Positions 1 to 8,345 are shown, numbered from the stretch's first letter. The stretch is DNA of 25,326 bases from Planctomycetota bacterium (GCA_029212955.1 JARGOW010000001.1:1119-26444); one strand, 5' to 3'. The notes: generated by a model from the sequence alone, not told the origin. Numbers and translations are program-made.

Positions 1-2
1 TG

Positions 3-110
3 GATTCCAAGGGCAACATCCTGGTGATGGATTGGAATGTGGCGGGCCGCTTCACCCGGTTGGAGAAGTGCGAACCGCAGGTGCCAGAAGGGGGCGGCGG
101 AGTCAAATAG
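3..110 (+). CDS. 3' end of a gene entering from the left, probably an NHL-repeat/beta-propeller protein (partial)
   Basis: Open frame from position 3 reads DSKGNILVMDWNVAGRFTRLEKCEPQVPEGGGGVK* (TAG 108-110). D-x-x-G-N-I-x-V-x-D-W resembles a final NHL-type blade. Only 35 codons are visible. Confidence 0.5.
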   Translation, partial: DSKGNILVMDWNVAGRFTRLEKCEPQVPEGGGGVK

Positions 111-119
111 GCCGGGCGC

Positions 120-1103
120 CTATTGATTGGGCGCCAGGGGGGCAAAGGGGGCCGGGTTGGCTTCCCGCGAATCTGGCTCGTCCGGGGTTCTGAAGTACAC
201 GCCGCAGTTGCCCCCCTTGGCCTTGGCTTTCTTGAGGGCTTGCTCCGCATGGTCGCGCAGGGTGGCGACCGAGTCCAGATCCTTGCCGTCGTAGGTCTCG
301 AATCCGATGCTCGTACTGATTTGGATGGCGCTGGGGGCATCCCAGCGGGCGGATATGCGCTCGATGCGTTGGCGAATGCGCTGAACCACATGGGCGGCGT
401 CCACCCGTCCTGTGTAGGGCAGAAGCATGGCGAACTCGTCGCCGCCCAAGCGGCCGCCCACATCCTCAGCACGGAGGAAGTCGCCGATGGTACGTCCGAC
501 CTCGGCGATCAACCGATCCCCGGTGGTGTGGTCGAAGGTCTTGTTGACCGCTCCGAAACTGTCCAAATCCATGAGGACCAGTGCCATGGGCAGGTCGTGG
601 CGCTGGGTGGCCGAGAAGTGCTCGTACAGGCGCGCATTGAAGGCTTTGGGCCGAAGCAGGTCCGTAAGATCGTCATGCATGGCCCTGTAGCGAGCTTCGA
701 CCAGGTCCCCATGGGACGTCAGGCGCTCACAAAGGTGTTCGATGCGGAGCTGATACTCTTCGAGGGGAGCGCCGCGGTGCACCAGGTCATAGGGCAGGTC
801 GCCCAGGATACGGGCCGCGGCGATGGTGGGAACCGGGTCGGCGGGGTCCACAACCAGCAGAACGGCACTGTGCGCCCGGTCCAGCTCCTCGGTGATGCGC
901 GTCAGTTCCACATGGCAACCCCGGGTCAGGGCGTCTAGAACCAGCACGTGGGGGGCGGAATCCGCCAGGTAGGTCAGGGTCGCGCCCAGGGTTTGACTCA
1001 CATCCACCGCCAAGCCGGAGCTCGATAGGGGGGCCAGCCAGGCGGATAAGCCCTGGCCGCGGTGGTCTCCGATGAGAGTGCGAACGCCGTGGGTGGATTT
1101 CAT
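120..1103 (-). CDS. Diguanylate cyclase (GGDEF) with N-terminal atypical receiver-like domain
   Basis: Intact GGDEF (GRLGGDEF), RxxD I-site (RAED), DDLTDL, LMDLDSFGAVNKTFDHTTGD and ISTSIG motifs. The N-terminus has PHVLVLD, reminiscent of REC beta-3. Confidence 0.9.
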   Translation of the reverse strand: MKSTHGVRTLIGDHRGQGLSAWLAPLSSSGLAVDVSQTLGATLTYLADSAPHVLVLDALTRGCHVELTRITEELDRAHSAVLLVVDPADPVPTIAAARILGDLPYDLVHRGAPLEEYQLRIEHLCERLTSHGDLVEARYRAMHDDLTDLLRPKAFNARLYEHFSATQRHDLPMALVLMDLDSFGAVNKTFDHTTGDRLIAEVGRTIGDFLRAEDVGGRLGGDEFAMLLPYTGRVDAAHVVQRIRQRIERISARWDAPSAIQISTSIGFETYDGKDLDSVATLRDHAEQALKKAKAKGGNCGVYFRTPDEPDSREANPAPFAPLAPNQ

Positions 1104-1252
1104 TGCGTGGGCGGGCCCGGCCCGCTCCTGCCTAAAGGGTACCGCATTTGGGATGACCCGAAAGCGCCGTTTTCCCGGCCCGGGCTAGCTTGACCCGATC
1201 TGGGGCTTCCTTGGAAATTTTGAAAAGATGGCCTTGGATGGGGTGCGAGCGG

Positions 1253-1280
1253 TTGACTCCTAGGCCCTCCTGCGTAGACT
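1253..1280 (+). promoter_or_regulatory. Sigma70-like promoter for rpsB-tsf
   Basis: TTGACT (1253-1258), 16-bp spacer, TAGACT (1275-1280), in the divergent intergenic region upstream of rpsB. Confidence 0.6.
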
Positions 1281-1286
1281 TCCCGC

Positions 1287-1507
1287 TTCGAAATTTCGAG
1301 CGGACCTTTAAGGTTCCATCTTTCTGCCCTTCCTCACCAGTGCTTCCGGGCGCCGGTTTCTTCAAGCAAGGGGGGCCTTAAGTTGGATGTTTCCTTGGTG
1401 GGGCCTGCCCGGTTATCGATGCGTGAAAGGGGGATTCGCCCCGTTCGCGAGACCTCCGAATCGCCCCTGCCGGCGGTTCAAACAACAACACCAAACGTAT
1501 CCAAGTA
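1287..1507 (+). promoter_or_regulatory. Long rpsB 5' leader, candidate S2 autoregulatory element
   Basis: About 220 nt between the predicted start site and the ATG. Contains the stem AGGGG-GATTCG (1428-1438) / CGAATC(G)CCCCT (1457-1468). Long S2-regulated leaders are established for rpsB-tsf in other bacteria, but the family match was not verified. Confidence 0.35.
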
Positions 1508-2443
1508 ATGGAACAAATCTCAGTACAGAACCTGATTGACGCTGGAGTGCACTTCGGCTGCCGCGCCTCGCGCTGGAACCCGAAAATGGCACCGTTTATC
1601 CACGGTCGCCGCAACCGCATCCACATCATCGACCTGCGCCAGACCATGCGCGGTCTCCTGCGGGCCCAAAACCTGCTCTTCCGCCTGGCCTCCGAGGGTC
1701 AGAACATTCTTTGGGTTGGCACCAAGCGCCAAGTCAAAGGAGTGATCCTCGACGCTGGCGCACGCACGGGCATGCCCGTCGTGACCGAGCGTTGGATCGG
1801 TGGAACCCTGACCAACTTCTCCGTGATCCGCAGTCGACTGCGTCGCCTGGAAGAGCTCGAGAGCATTGACGAAGCCAAGGCGGAGGAGCTCAAGCTCACC
1901 AAGAAGGAGCTTTCCTCGATCTCCCGCGAGCGTCGCAAGATCACCCGCAACCTGGGCGGCATCCGCGAAATGAACGCCGTGCCCGCCGCCATGGTCGTGG
2001 TGGACCCCTCCCGCGAAGGCAACGCCATCCGCGAAGCCAAGAAGATGGGCCTCATCGTCATCGGCATGTTGGACACCGACTGCGATCCCAGCGATGTGGA
2101 CATCGTGATCCCTGGCAACGACGACGCGCTCAAGTCCGTGCGTTTGGTCATCGAGCAGTTGAGCGCATCCGTGGAAGAAGGCGCCCACCAGCACACCGAT
2201 CAGCTGCGCGCAGCCGGTGGCGCTGAGAAGCAAGAGGACGCGGCACCCAACCCCGGTGGCGAGCCCCGCCCGACCACCAGCCGCGAGTTGCCCAAGCGCC
2301 GTGAAGAGAACGCTGGTGACGCACCGGCCGCCGAGGCTCCGGCCGCAGCACCCGCTGCAGCACCCGCTACGGAGGCCCCGGCCGAAGCACCGGCTGCTGC
2401 CGCCCCCGTCGCCGACGCGGACGCTCCCAAAACGGACGCCTAA
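1508..2443 (+). CDS. rpsB: 30S ribosomal protein S2 with long Ala/Pro/Glu-rich C-terminal extension
   Basis: LIDAGVHFG, RWNPKM, HIIDL, LWVGTK, ERWIGGTLTN, LGGIREM and IPGNDDA motifs; position upstream of tsf. Confidence 0.98.
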   Translation: MEQISVQNLIDAGVHFGCRASRWNPKMAPFIHGRRNRIHIIDLRQTMRGLLRAQNLLFRLASEGQNILWVGTKRQVKGVILDAGARTGMPVVTERWIGGTLTNFSVIRSRLRRLEELESIDEAKAEELKLTKKELSSISRERRKITRNLGGIREMNAVPAAMVVVDPSREGNAIREAKKMGLIVIGMLDTDCDPSDVDIVIPGNDDALKSVRLVIEQLSASVEEGAHQHTDQLRAAGGAEKQEDAAPNPGGEPRPTTSRELPKRREENAGDAPAAEAPAAAPAAAPATEAPAEAPAAAAPVADADAPKTDA

Positions 2444-2565
2444 ATAGGCTCCTTCGGACCACTCGAATTCCGGGTGAAAGCGGCGTCCCATGGGGCGCCG
2501 CGGTCCAAACCCTTCAATCCACCCACCACCCAACCGGGGGTTCCGCCCCCAAGCCCCAAAAGAAA

Positions 2566-3402
2566 ATGGCTGAAATCACCGCTGCCTTGGTGCGCGAGCT
2601 CCGGGAAAAAACCGGCGCCGGCATGATGGAATGCAAAAAGGCCCTGTCCGCAACCTCCGGAGATCTGGAGGCTGCACTCGACGAACTGCGCAAGTCCGGT
2701 CTGAAGACCGCCGCCAAGAAGGAAGGTCGTTCGACCTCCGAAGGTCGCGTCTTCTCCAAAATCGCTGAGGACGGCAAGTCCGGCGCCATGATCGCAATCT
2801 CTTGCGAGACCGACTTCGTGGCCAACACCGAAGACTTCCAAGGCTACCTGGGCGACCTGGCTGCCCACGTGCTCGAGCACAAGCCCACCAACCTGGACGA
2901 GTGCCTGACCCAGCAGTGGAAAGGCGACGGCACCGTGGCCGATAGCCTCAAGACCCTCATCGGACGACTGGGTGAAAACATCCAGATCGCCAATGTGGCC
3001 TATTACGAAAACGCTGCTGGCGGCGTGGGCGCATACGTGCACCACGACAACATGCAAGGCGCACTCGTCAACGTGACCTGCGACACCCCCGATGCTGGGC
3101 TCTTCAAGGAGCTTTGCATGCACGTGGTGGTGTTCAACCCTCCCTTCCTCAACCGCGAGCAGATCTCGGAAGAGGACGTGGAGCGCGAGCGCGAAATCAT
3201 CCGTGCGGGCCTCGCCGGCAAGCCGGCCGAGATTCAGGACAAAATCATGGTCGGCCGCGTCGAGAAGTTCTACGGCGAAAAAGTCATGACCGAGCAGCCC
3301 TGGATCAAGGACGACAAATCCACCGTTCAGAAGTCCATGGAAGCGGTCGCTGGCAAGGGCGCCAAGCTCGAAGCCTTCACGCGCTTCCAAGTCGGCGCCT
3401 AG
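2566..3402 (+). CDS. tsf: Translation elongation factor Ts
   Basis: ITAALVRELREKTGAGMMECKKAL, SCETDFVA, IGENIQI and YVH motifs; canonical position after rpsB. Confidence 0.98.
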   Translation: MAEITAALVRELREKTGAGMMECKKALSATSGDLEAALDELRKSGLKTAAKKEGRSTSEGRVFSKIAEDGKSGAMIAISCETDFVANTEDFQGYLGDLAAHVLEHKPTNLDECLTQQWKGDGTVADSLKTLIGRLGENIQIANVAYYENAAGGVGAYVHHDNMQGALVNVTCDTPDAGLFKELCMHVVVFNPPFLNREQISEEDVEREREIIRAGLAGKPAEIQDKIMVGRVEKFYGEKVMTEQPWIKDDKSTVQKSMEAVAGKGAKLEAFTRFQVGA

Positions 3403-3678
3403 CATCGACCCGTCGGGGGGATACCCCGACCGGACACCAAACCAGGCACGGCCCCGGTGGAATCTCTCCGCCGGGGCCGTGCCCTGTTGTACCCGGATTC
3501 TGGCCCCGCCTTGGGGGAGGGCCGGAAGGCTCCCCCTCGGCCGGACCCGGTGCTGGACCACGCCGGGCTGGAGTCACCGGGCCCGGGTCCATCCAGTGGA
3601 TCGGGGCGGGTACCCTGGTGAATGGGCGCCTTATCGAGGACACGCCCGCATTCCACGCAGGAAACCTTGCCCTGCGAC

Positions 3679-3707
3679 TCAACATTGGGGGTCCGGAACC
3701 CTATTCT
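3679..3707 (+). promoter_or_regulatory. Possible internal sigma70-like promoter for pyrH-frr
   Basis: TCAACA (3679-3684), 17 bp, TATTCT (3702-3707), about 60 nt upstream of the pyrH ATG. Confidence 0.35.
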
Positions 3708-3766
3708 ATGCGTGCCGTGAACGCGTTTTGTGCGTTCGGAGCGGCCTCTCCTACCCCCGTTGCAAT

Positions 3767-4504
3767 ATGTACAATCGCGTTCTCCTCAAACTCTCCGGTG
3801 AAGCCCTCGGGGACCCCGAAACCGGCCATGGAATTCACCCCGCCCAGATCCAGGTCTACGCCAAGCAGATCGCACGCGTCGTAGGGCTTGGGGTGGAGGT
3901 CGCCATCGTCTGTGGGGGAGGAAACATCCTCCGCGGAGCCGAGTTCAGTCAACTTGGAGGCCACCGCGCCACGGCCGATTACATGGGTATGCTGGGAACC
4001 GTAATCAACGCCCTGGCGCTTTCGGACGGCATCGAGCAGCAGGGTCTGGAGACCCGCGTGATGACCGCCCTGGAGATCAAGCAGGTGGCTGAGCCCTTCG
4101 TGTGGCGCCGTGCGGACGCTCACCTGGGCCGCGGGCGCGTGATCCTCCTGGCCGCTGGCACGGGCAACCCATTCTTCACCACGGACACCGCAGCCGCCCT
4201 ACGCGCCACGGAATTGCGCTGCGATGTGCTGCTGAAGGCCACTAAGGTGGATGGTGTCTACGACTCGGATCCGAACAAGAATCCCGACGCCAAGCGCTAC
4301 GATTCGCTGACCTTCCGCGAGGTGATGGAGCAGGACCTGGGCGTCATGGATATCACCGCCATCACCCTCTGCAAGGAAAACGACCTTCCGATCACCGTCT
4401 TCAACCTGTTTGAGGACGGCAACCTGGAGCGGGCCGTGCGCGGTGAAGCCGTGGGCACGACCATCTGCTCCAATACCTCCGAGGCCGCCGCAACCCAGGC
4501 CTAA
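3767..4504 (+). CDS. pyrH: UMP kinase (245 aa; start at ATG 3767 rather than the longer ORF start)
   Basis: MYNRVLLKLSGEAL, GGGNILRG, ADYMGMLGTVINALAL, GTGNPFFTTDTAAALRA and ATKVDGVYD motifs. Confidence 0.98.
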   Translation: MYNRVLLKLSGEALGDPETGHGIHPAQIQVYAKQIARVVGLGVEVAIVCGGGNILRGAEFSQLGGHRATADYMGMLGTVINALALSDGIEQQGLETRVMTALEIKQVAEPFVWRRADAHLGRGRVILLAAGTGNPFFTTDTAAALRATELRCDVLLKATKVDGVYDSDPNKNPDAKRYDSLTFREVMEQDLGVMDITAITLCKENDLPITVFNLFEDGNLERAVRGEAVGTTICSNTSEAAATQA

Positions 4505-4569
4505 CAAGTCCAAACCCGGGGCCCAGGCCCCGAGTCCATCCGCCACCCCAGGCTCAAAAGGAAACCCAA

Positions 4570-5130
4570 ATGACTTTCGAAACGATCATTCCCGGCGCAA
4601 CCAAGCGCATGGACAAGGCCCTGGCCCACACCAAGGAGCAGCTGCGGGGCATTCGCACCTCCCGCGCCAGCTCGGCTCTCATCGAGAACATCCGCGTGGA
4701 CTACTACGGCACGCCCACGCCCCTTTCCCAGATGGCCCAGATCTCCGTTCCGGAGCCGCGCCAGCTGATGGTCAAGCCCTTTGACGCCACGATCATCAAG
4801 GAGATCGAAAAGGCACTGTCCAAGTCGGATCTGGGGATCCCCTTGGAGAGCGATGGAAAGGTGCTGCGGCTGAACCTCCCGCCCCTGTCCGGTGATCAGC
4901 GCAAGCTGTACGCCTCCAAGTGCCGTGATATCTGCGAGGAGGGCCGCGTGGCCCTGCGTAACGTGCGCCGCGACGCCAACAAGGAGTCCGACAACCTGCT
5001 CAAGTCCAAGGAGATCACCGAGGACGACAACAAGGGCATGCACACGGATATTCAGGACCTGCTAAAGAAGTTTGAGGGCATGGTCAACGACCTCCAGGAG
5101 CGCAAGGACAAAGAAATTCTCGAAGTCTGA
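4570..5130 (+). CDS. frr: Ribosome recycling factor
   Basis: IRTSRAS, VDYYGTPTPL, LMVKPFD, LNLPPLS and RVALRNVRRDAN motifs; follows pyrH. Confidence 0.98.
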   Translation: MTFETIIPGATKRMDKALAHTKEQLRGIRTSRASSALIENIRVDYYGTPTPLSQMAQISVPEPRQLMVKPFDATIIKEIEKALSKSDLGIPLESDGKVLRLNLPPLSGDQRKLYASKCRDICEEGRVALRNVRRDANKESDNLLKSKEITEDDNKGMHTDIQDLLKKFEGMVNDLQERKDKEILEV

Positions 5131-5150
5131 ATTCTTTCTTTGCCAGAGCC

Positions 5151-5180
5151 TTGGCGTGGGGCCCCTGAATTGTCTATATT
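5151..5180 (+). promoter_or_regulatory. Possible sigma70-like promoter for tRNA-Lys
   Basis: TTGGCG (5151-5156), 18 bp, TATATT (5175-5180), followed by a GC-rich discriminator-like TCCGCCCC. Confidence 0.35.
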
Positions 5181-5261
5181 TCCGCCCCGCGAGCAGGATT
5201 GGATCCGGCACGCGGTCTTCCGAATTCGTTCGGGAGGACAACGCAAGATGAGATCAAGAGT

Positions 5262-5337
<76 letters not shown>

Positions 5338-5352
5338 CTCTCTCTTCTTCGT

Positions 5353-5394
5353 CCACGAAAAAACCCGCGCTTGTTGGCGCGGGTTTTTTCGTGG
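5353..5394. terminator. Bidirectional intrinsic terminator between tRNA-Lys and pepP
   Basis: Perfect 18-bp inverted repeat CCACGAAAAAACCCGCGC / GCGCGGGTTTTTTCGTGG with a 6-nt loop; A6 and T6 tracts serve both directions between convergent genes. Confidence 0.9.
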
Positions 5395-5429
5395 GGCAGC
5401 AACCGCCGCCGAAAGGAGTGTGCTGGAGC

Positions 5430-6764
5430 CTAGGCGTGGGACCCTTGCAGGTTGGCCTGGCAGGCCGCTTCCACGGCTTCGATGGACTTGGGGATGGCCA
5501 CCGTCAGGTTTTCGTTGCCCGACTCCGTCACCAGGATATCGTCCTCGATGCGCACGCCAAGGCCGCGCCATTTGGCGTCCACCTTGTCGTTGTTCGGGTC
5601 CACGTAAAGACCGGGCTCCACGGTCAACACCATGCCGGGTTCCAAGGGGCGTGACTCGCCCTCGTCCGCATAGGATCCGCAATCGTGCACGTCCAAACCG
5701 AGCCAGTGGCTGGTTCCGTGCATGAAGAATTCGCTGAAGGTCTTTTCTTGGATGGCCTTTTCGCGCGGGCCTTCGATCAAACCCAGTTCGATGAGACCGT
5801 CCACGAGACCGTTCAAAGCAACGGTGTGAATCGAGTCGGTAGGGGCACCAGGTTTCACCGCGGCCACGGCAGCCTCCTGGGCGCTCAACACGACCTCGTA
5901 GAGGGCGCGTTGGGGCTCGGAGAAAGTACCTGACACGGGGAAGGTGCGCGTCACGTCCGTCGCATAGCACTGGTATTCGGCGCCCGCGTCGATCAGGAGC
6001 AAGTCCCCGTCCTTGAGCGGTTGATTGTTTTCCACGTAGTGCAGGATGCATGCGTTGGCGCCGCCCGCCACGATGGAGGAGTAGGCCTGGCCGTTGGCGC
6101 CGTTCCTGCGGAAGGTGTAGTCGATGAGAGCGTCGATCTCGTACTCGTTTACGCCGTCCCGGGTGGCGGCCATGGCGGCCAGGTGGGCCTCGGTGGTGAT
6201 GGCGGCCGATTTGCGCATGAGCTCAATTTCTTCGGCAGACTTGTGCAGCCGCATCTCGTGCAAGGAGTGGTGCCCGTCCACGATTTCCACGGGCGGTTCG
6301 GTGCCCTTGCGAGCACGGCCGCGTAGGCCTTTCACCATGTGGTTGAAGCGCAGGTCCATGGCATCGTCCATGCCCAGGCGATAGAGCAGCCGAGGCTGGC
6401 CGGTGAGTAGCTCGGGAAGTTTGGTCCAGAGGTCCTCGATGTCGTAGGCCTCGTCCACGCCCAGGGCCTCGGGTGCGGCTTCCACCCCCAGGCGCCGACC
6501 GTTCCAAATCTCCATGAGCTTATCCGAGTCACGTAGGAACAAAATGCTCTTACCTACCTCATCATCGTCCTTGCCGGGTAGCAGCAGCAGTAGGCAGCCC
6601 GGCTCTTCAAACCCGGTCAGGTACCAAAAGTCAGAGTCCGGTCGAAAACGGTAGTCGCAATCGTGGTTGCGCATCTTGACCGTGTTCGTGGGGAGGATCG
6701 CGGCGCATTCGTCCAGGGTCATCAGCGTCTGGAAGCGCTTTCGGTTCTGCTGGTAGAGATTCAT
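5430..6764 (-). CDS. pepP: Xaa-Pro aminopeptidase (M24B)
   Basis: N-terminal YRFRPDSDFWYLTGF; metal-ligand motifs LLIDAG, YATDVTRTFP, HGTSHWLGLDVHD, TVEPGLY and RIEDD. Confidence 0.95.
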   Translation of the reverse strand: MNLYQQNRKRFQTLMTLDECAAILPTNTVKMRNHDCDYRFRPDSDFWYLTGFEEPGCLLLLLPGKDDDEVGKSILFLRDSDKLMEIWNGRRLGVEAAPEALGVDEAYDIEDLWTKLPELLTGQPRLLYRLGMDDAMDLRFNHMVKGLRGRARKGTEPPVEIVDGHHSLHEMRLHKSAEEIELMRKSAAITTEAHLAAMAATRDGVNEYEIDALIDYTFRRNGANGQAYSSIVAGGANACILHYVENNQPLKDGDLLLIDAGAEYQCYATDVTRTFPVSGTFSEPQRALYEVVLSAQEAAVAAVKPGAPTDSIHTVALNGLVDGLIELGLIEGPREKAIQEKTFSEFFMHGTSHWLGLDVHDCGSYADEGESRPLEPGMVLTVEPGLYVDPNNDKVDAKWRGLGVRIEDDILVTESGNENLTVAIPKSIEAVEAACQANLQGSHA

Positions 6765-6791
6765 GGGGGCTAAGATACGGGCCCAGGCCGT

Positions 6792-7916
6792 TCATGGCAG
6801 CAGGAAAAGCTCCACGCTGGATAGCAGGCGGCGCATGCGTGCCTGGCGGGGGGATGACGCGCCCCGATTGCCGCCGGCCTCCGGGGTGGGTTGCAGGGGC
6901 CCCAAATCCACGAGGACGCACCGGGAGGGGGTCTCATCATCCACGACGCCGAACTCCACGGGGATGGCCAGCAGGTCGCGTAAGACTTTTGCCAGGGTGT
7001 TCAGGGCTGGGGTCGGGGGCTCGTTCCGGCCCAGGATGAGGCGCATGCTGCGATCCTTGAACCAGGGGGTCCCGGAGCGGGGAGAGCGGGGCCAGGCCTC
7101 GAAGGCGGGTTTGAGGCGCGTGAAGAGCGTCCACGGATCCTCCCTGTCGTGGGGCAATACCACGGCGATGCCCAGGTGGGCATCCAGGGTTTTCTCCCAA
7201 TCCGAATAGGTATAGGAGCTCTCGAAGTTTCGCGGGTTGGGCAGGATGGCCCGGACCTTTAGGGGGGCCCGACCCCGATTCCATAGGTCCATTTCCAAGC
7301 CCTCGGGTTGCAAGGTGATGCGCAATTCCAGGGGCTCGGACAGCACGTTCAGCCCACCCTTCCAGGTCATGCGAAGGGGGCCGGTCACGCCGGTCTCATC
7401 GTCGGGCGGGAGCAGTAGAAAGGCCGGCTCAAGCAGGGTGTTGGGTTCCAGTGTCAGCCGGGCACCGGGGCCAATGGAGGTATCGAAGGGAACCCCTGGC
7501 CACAGGTAAGGAAGCGCGCGAACCACGTGATCCGGGCCGTCCGCCAGCTTCTGAAAGTGGGTCCAGGCGTCCTGGTCCCGACCCTGGGCCTTGGCGATGA
7601 GGCAGAGTTTGAGCCGGGATTGCAGCAGGGTGCCCAGGGGGGCTTGGGGGTTGCGGGCCGCCTGCAGGGCCTGGGCCCAGGCTTCGAGCACAATGGGCCC
7701 GAAGGGGCTGGAGGCCAGCTCGGTGGCGGGCAAGGGCATGGGCGCTGGTTTCGTTTCAGGACCTGCTGCGGCCCAGACCTTGCCCAGGGCGGGCGAGGTG
7801 AAGGTCACCCGGGGAGCGTCCAGGACGGGGGTGGCGCTGGCGGCTTTCTGGGGGCCTGCCGGGGCGGGTGCTGGGAAGGTGGTGGCCACGAGGAGCAGGA
7901 CGAAGGGGGCTTTCAT
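6792..7916 (-). CDS. Hypothetical exported protein (374 aa)
   Basis: Signal-peptide-like N-terminus MKAPFVLLLVATTFPAPAPA. Fills the gap between pepP and the divergent Trm112-like gene, and stops 27 bp before the pepP start. No family recognised. Confidence 0.65.
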   Translation of the reverse strand: MKAPFVLLLVATTFPAPAPAGPQKAASATPVLDAPRVTFTSPALGKVWAAAGPETKPAPMPLPATELASSPFGPIVLEAWAQALQAARNPQAPLGTLLQSRLKLCLIAKAQGRDQDAWTHFQKLADGPDHVVRALPYLWPGVPFDTSIGPGARLTLEPNTLLEPAFLLLPPDDETGVTGPLRMTWKGGLNVLSEPLELRITLQPEGLEMDLWNRGRAPLKVRAILPNPRNFESSYTYSDWEKTLDAHLGIAVVLPHDREDPWTLFTRLKPAFEAWPRSPRSGTPWFKDRSMRLILGRNEPPTPALNTLAKVLRDLLAIPVEFGVVDDETPSRCVLVDLGPLQPTPEAGGNRGASSPRQARMRRLLSSVELFLLP

Positions 7917-7978
7917 GGGTGCTTTTGAAATCCGGGGGGCGCTCTGGGGATTGCCTTGTCAGGTTGCAGGCCCCCACG

Positions 7979-7987
7979 TGATAGTAT
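7979..7987 (+). promoter_or_regulatory. Possible extended -10 promoter for the Trm112-like/eboE pair
   Basis: TGATAGTAT fits TGn-TAnnnT; no good -35 element at normal spacing. Confidence 0.3.
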
Positions 7988-8059
7988 GGGATCGTTCCAC
8001 GAGCCAATCGGTTCAATTTTTGCTTTCGGTCCATCCGTCCACGCCCCGGCCCAGATCCC

Positions 8060-8320
8060 ATGCCCAGCATCGATCCCGAGCTTCTCGCCCTGCTCGCCTG
8101 CCCCGATTCACGTCAGCCCCTTGCGGAGGCAGGTGCCGACGTACTCGAAAAGGTCAATGCAGCCATTCGTTCCGGCGCTTTCAAGAATGTGGGTGGAGCC
8201 GATGTGGAGCAGACCTTGGAGGCTGGCTTGGTGCGCGAAGACGGATCGATTGTGTATCCCGTGCGCGATAGCATCCCAGTCTTGCTGGTAGAGGAAGGCC
8301 TGGCCGTCCCCCAGGCTTAA
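8060..8320 (+). CDS. Trm112/YcaR-family small protein
   Basis: IDPELLALLACPDSRQPL at the N-terminus and YPVRDSIPVLLVEEG at the C-terminus are the two halves of the Trm112p-like signature, with a ~35-aa insert between them. Confidence 0.85.
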   Translation: MPSIDPELLALLACPDSRQPLAEAGADVLEKVNAAIRSGAFKNVGGADVEQTLEAGLVREDGSIVYPVRDSIPVLLVEEGLAVPQA

Positions 8321-8345
8321 GGCCCAACCGACCGGCCGTTCCGCC

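Noticed and set aside
123-938. 271-aa plus-strand ORF
   Set aside because: Antisense shadow of the GGDEF gene; no recognisable motifs. Long shadow ORFs are expected in high-GC coding DNA.
2320-2410. Short GCACC/GCCG-rich DNA repeats
   Set aside because: They simply encode the Ala/Pro tail of S2; there is no repeat-spacer periodicity, so not a CRISPR array or VNTR.
1520-3561. Long minus-strand ORFs (337 aa and 373 aa)
   Set aside because: Antisense shadows of rpsB and tsf.
3479-3766. 96-aa N-terminal extension of PyrH in the ORF track
   Set aside because: Homology starts at MYNRVLLKLSGE (3767); the upstream frame is low-complexity GC-rich sequence and overlaps a promoter candidate.
3403-3766. 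Possible SRP RNA, RNase P RNA, tmRNA or tRNA-Sec in the tsf-pyrH spacer
   Set aside because: CCGGAAGG lacks the flanking CAGG/AGCAG of SRP helix 8. There is no GAGGAAAGTCC or ACAGAA-CCGGCTTA for RNase P, no T-loop GTTCGA before the minus-strand ...TTCACCA, and no UCA anticodon arm.
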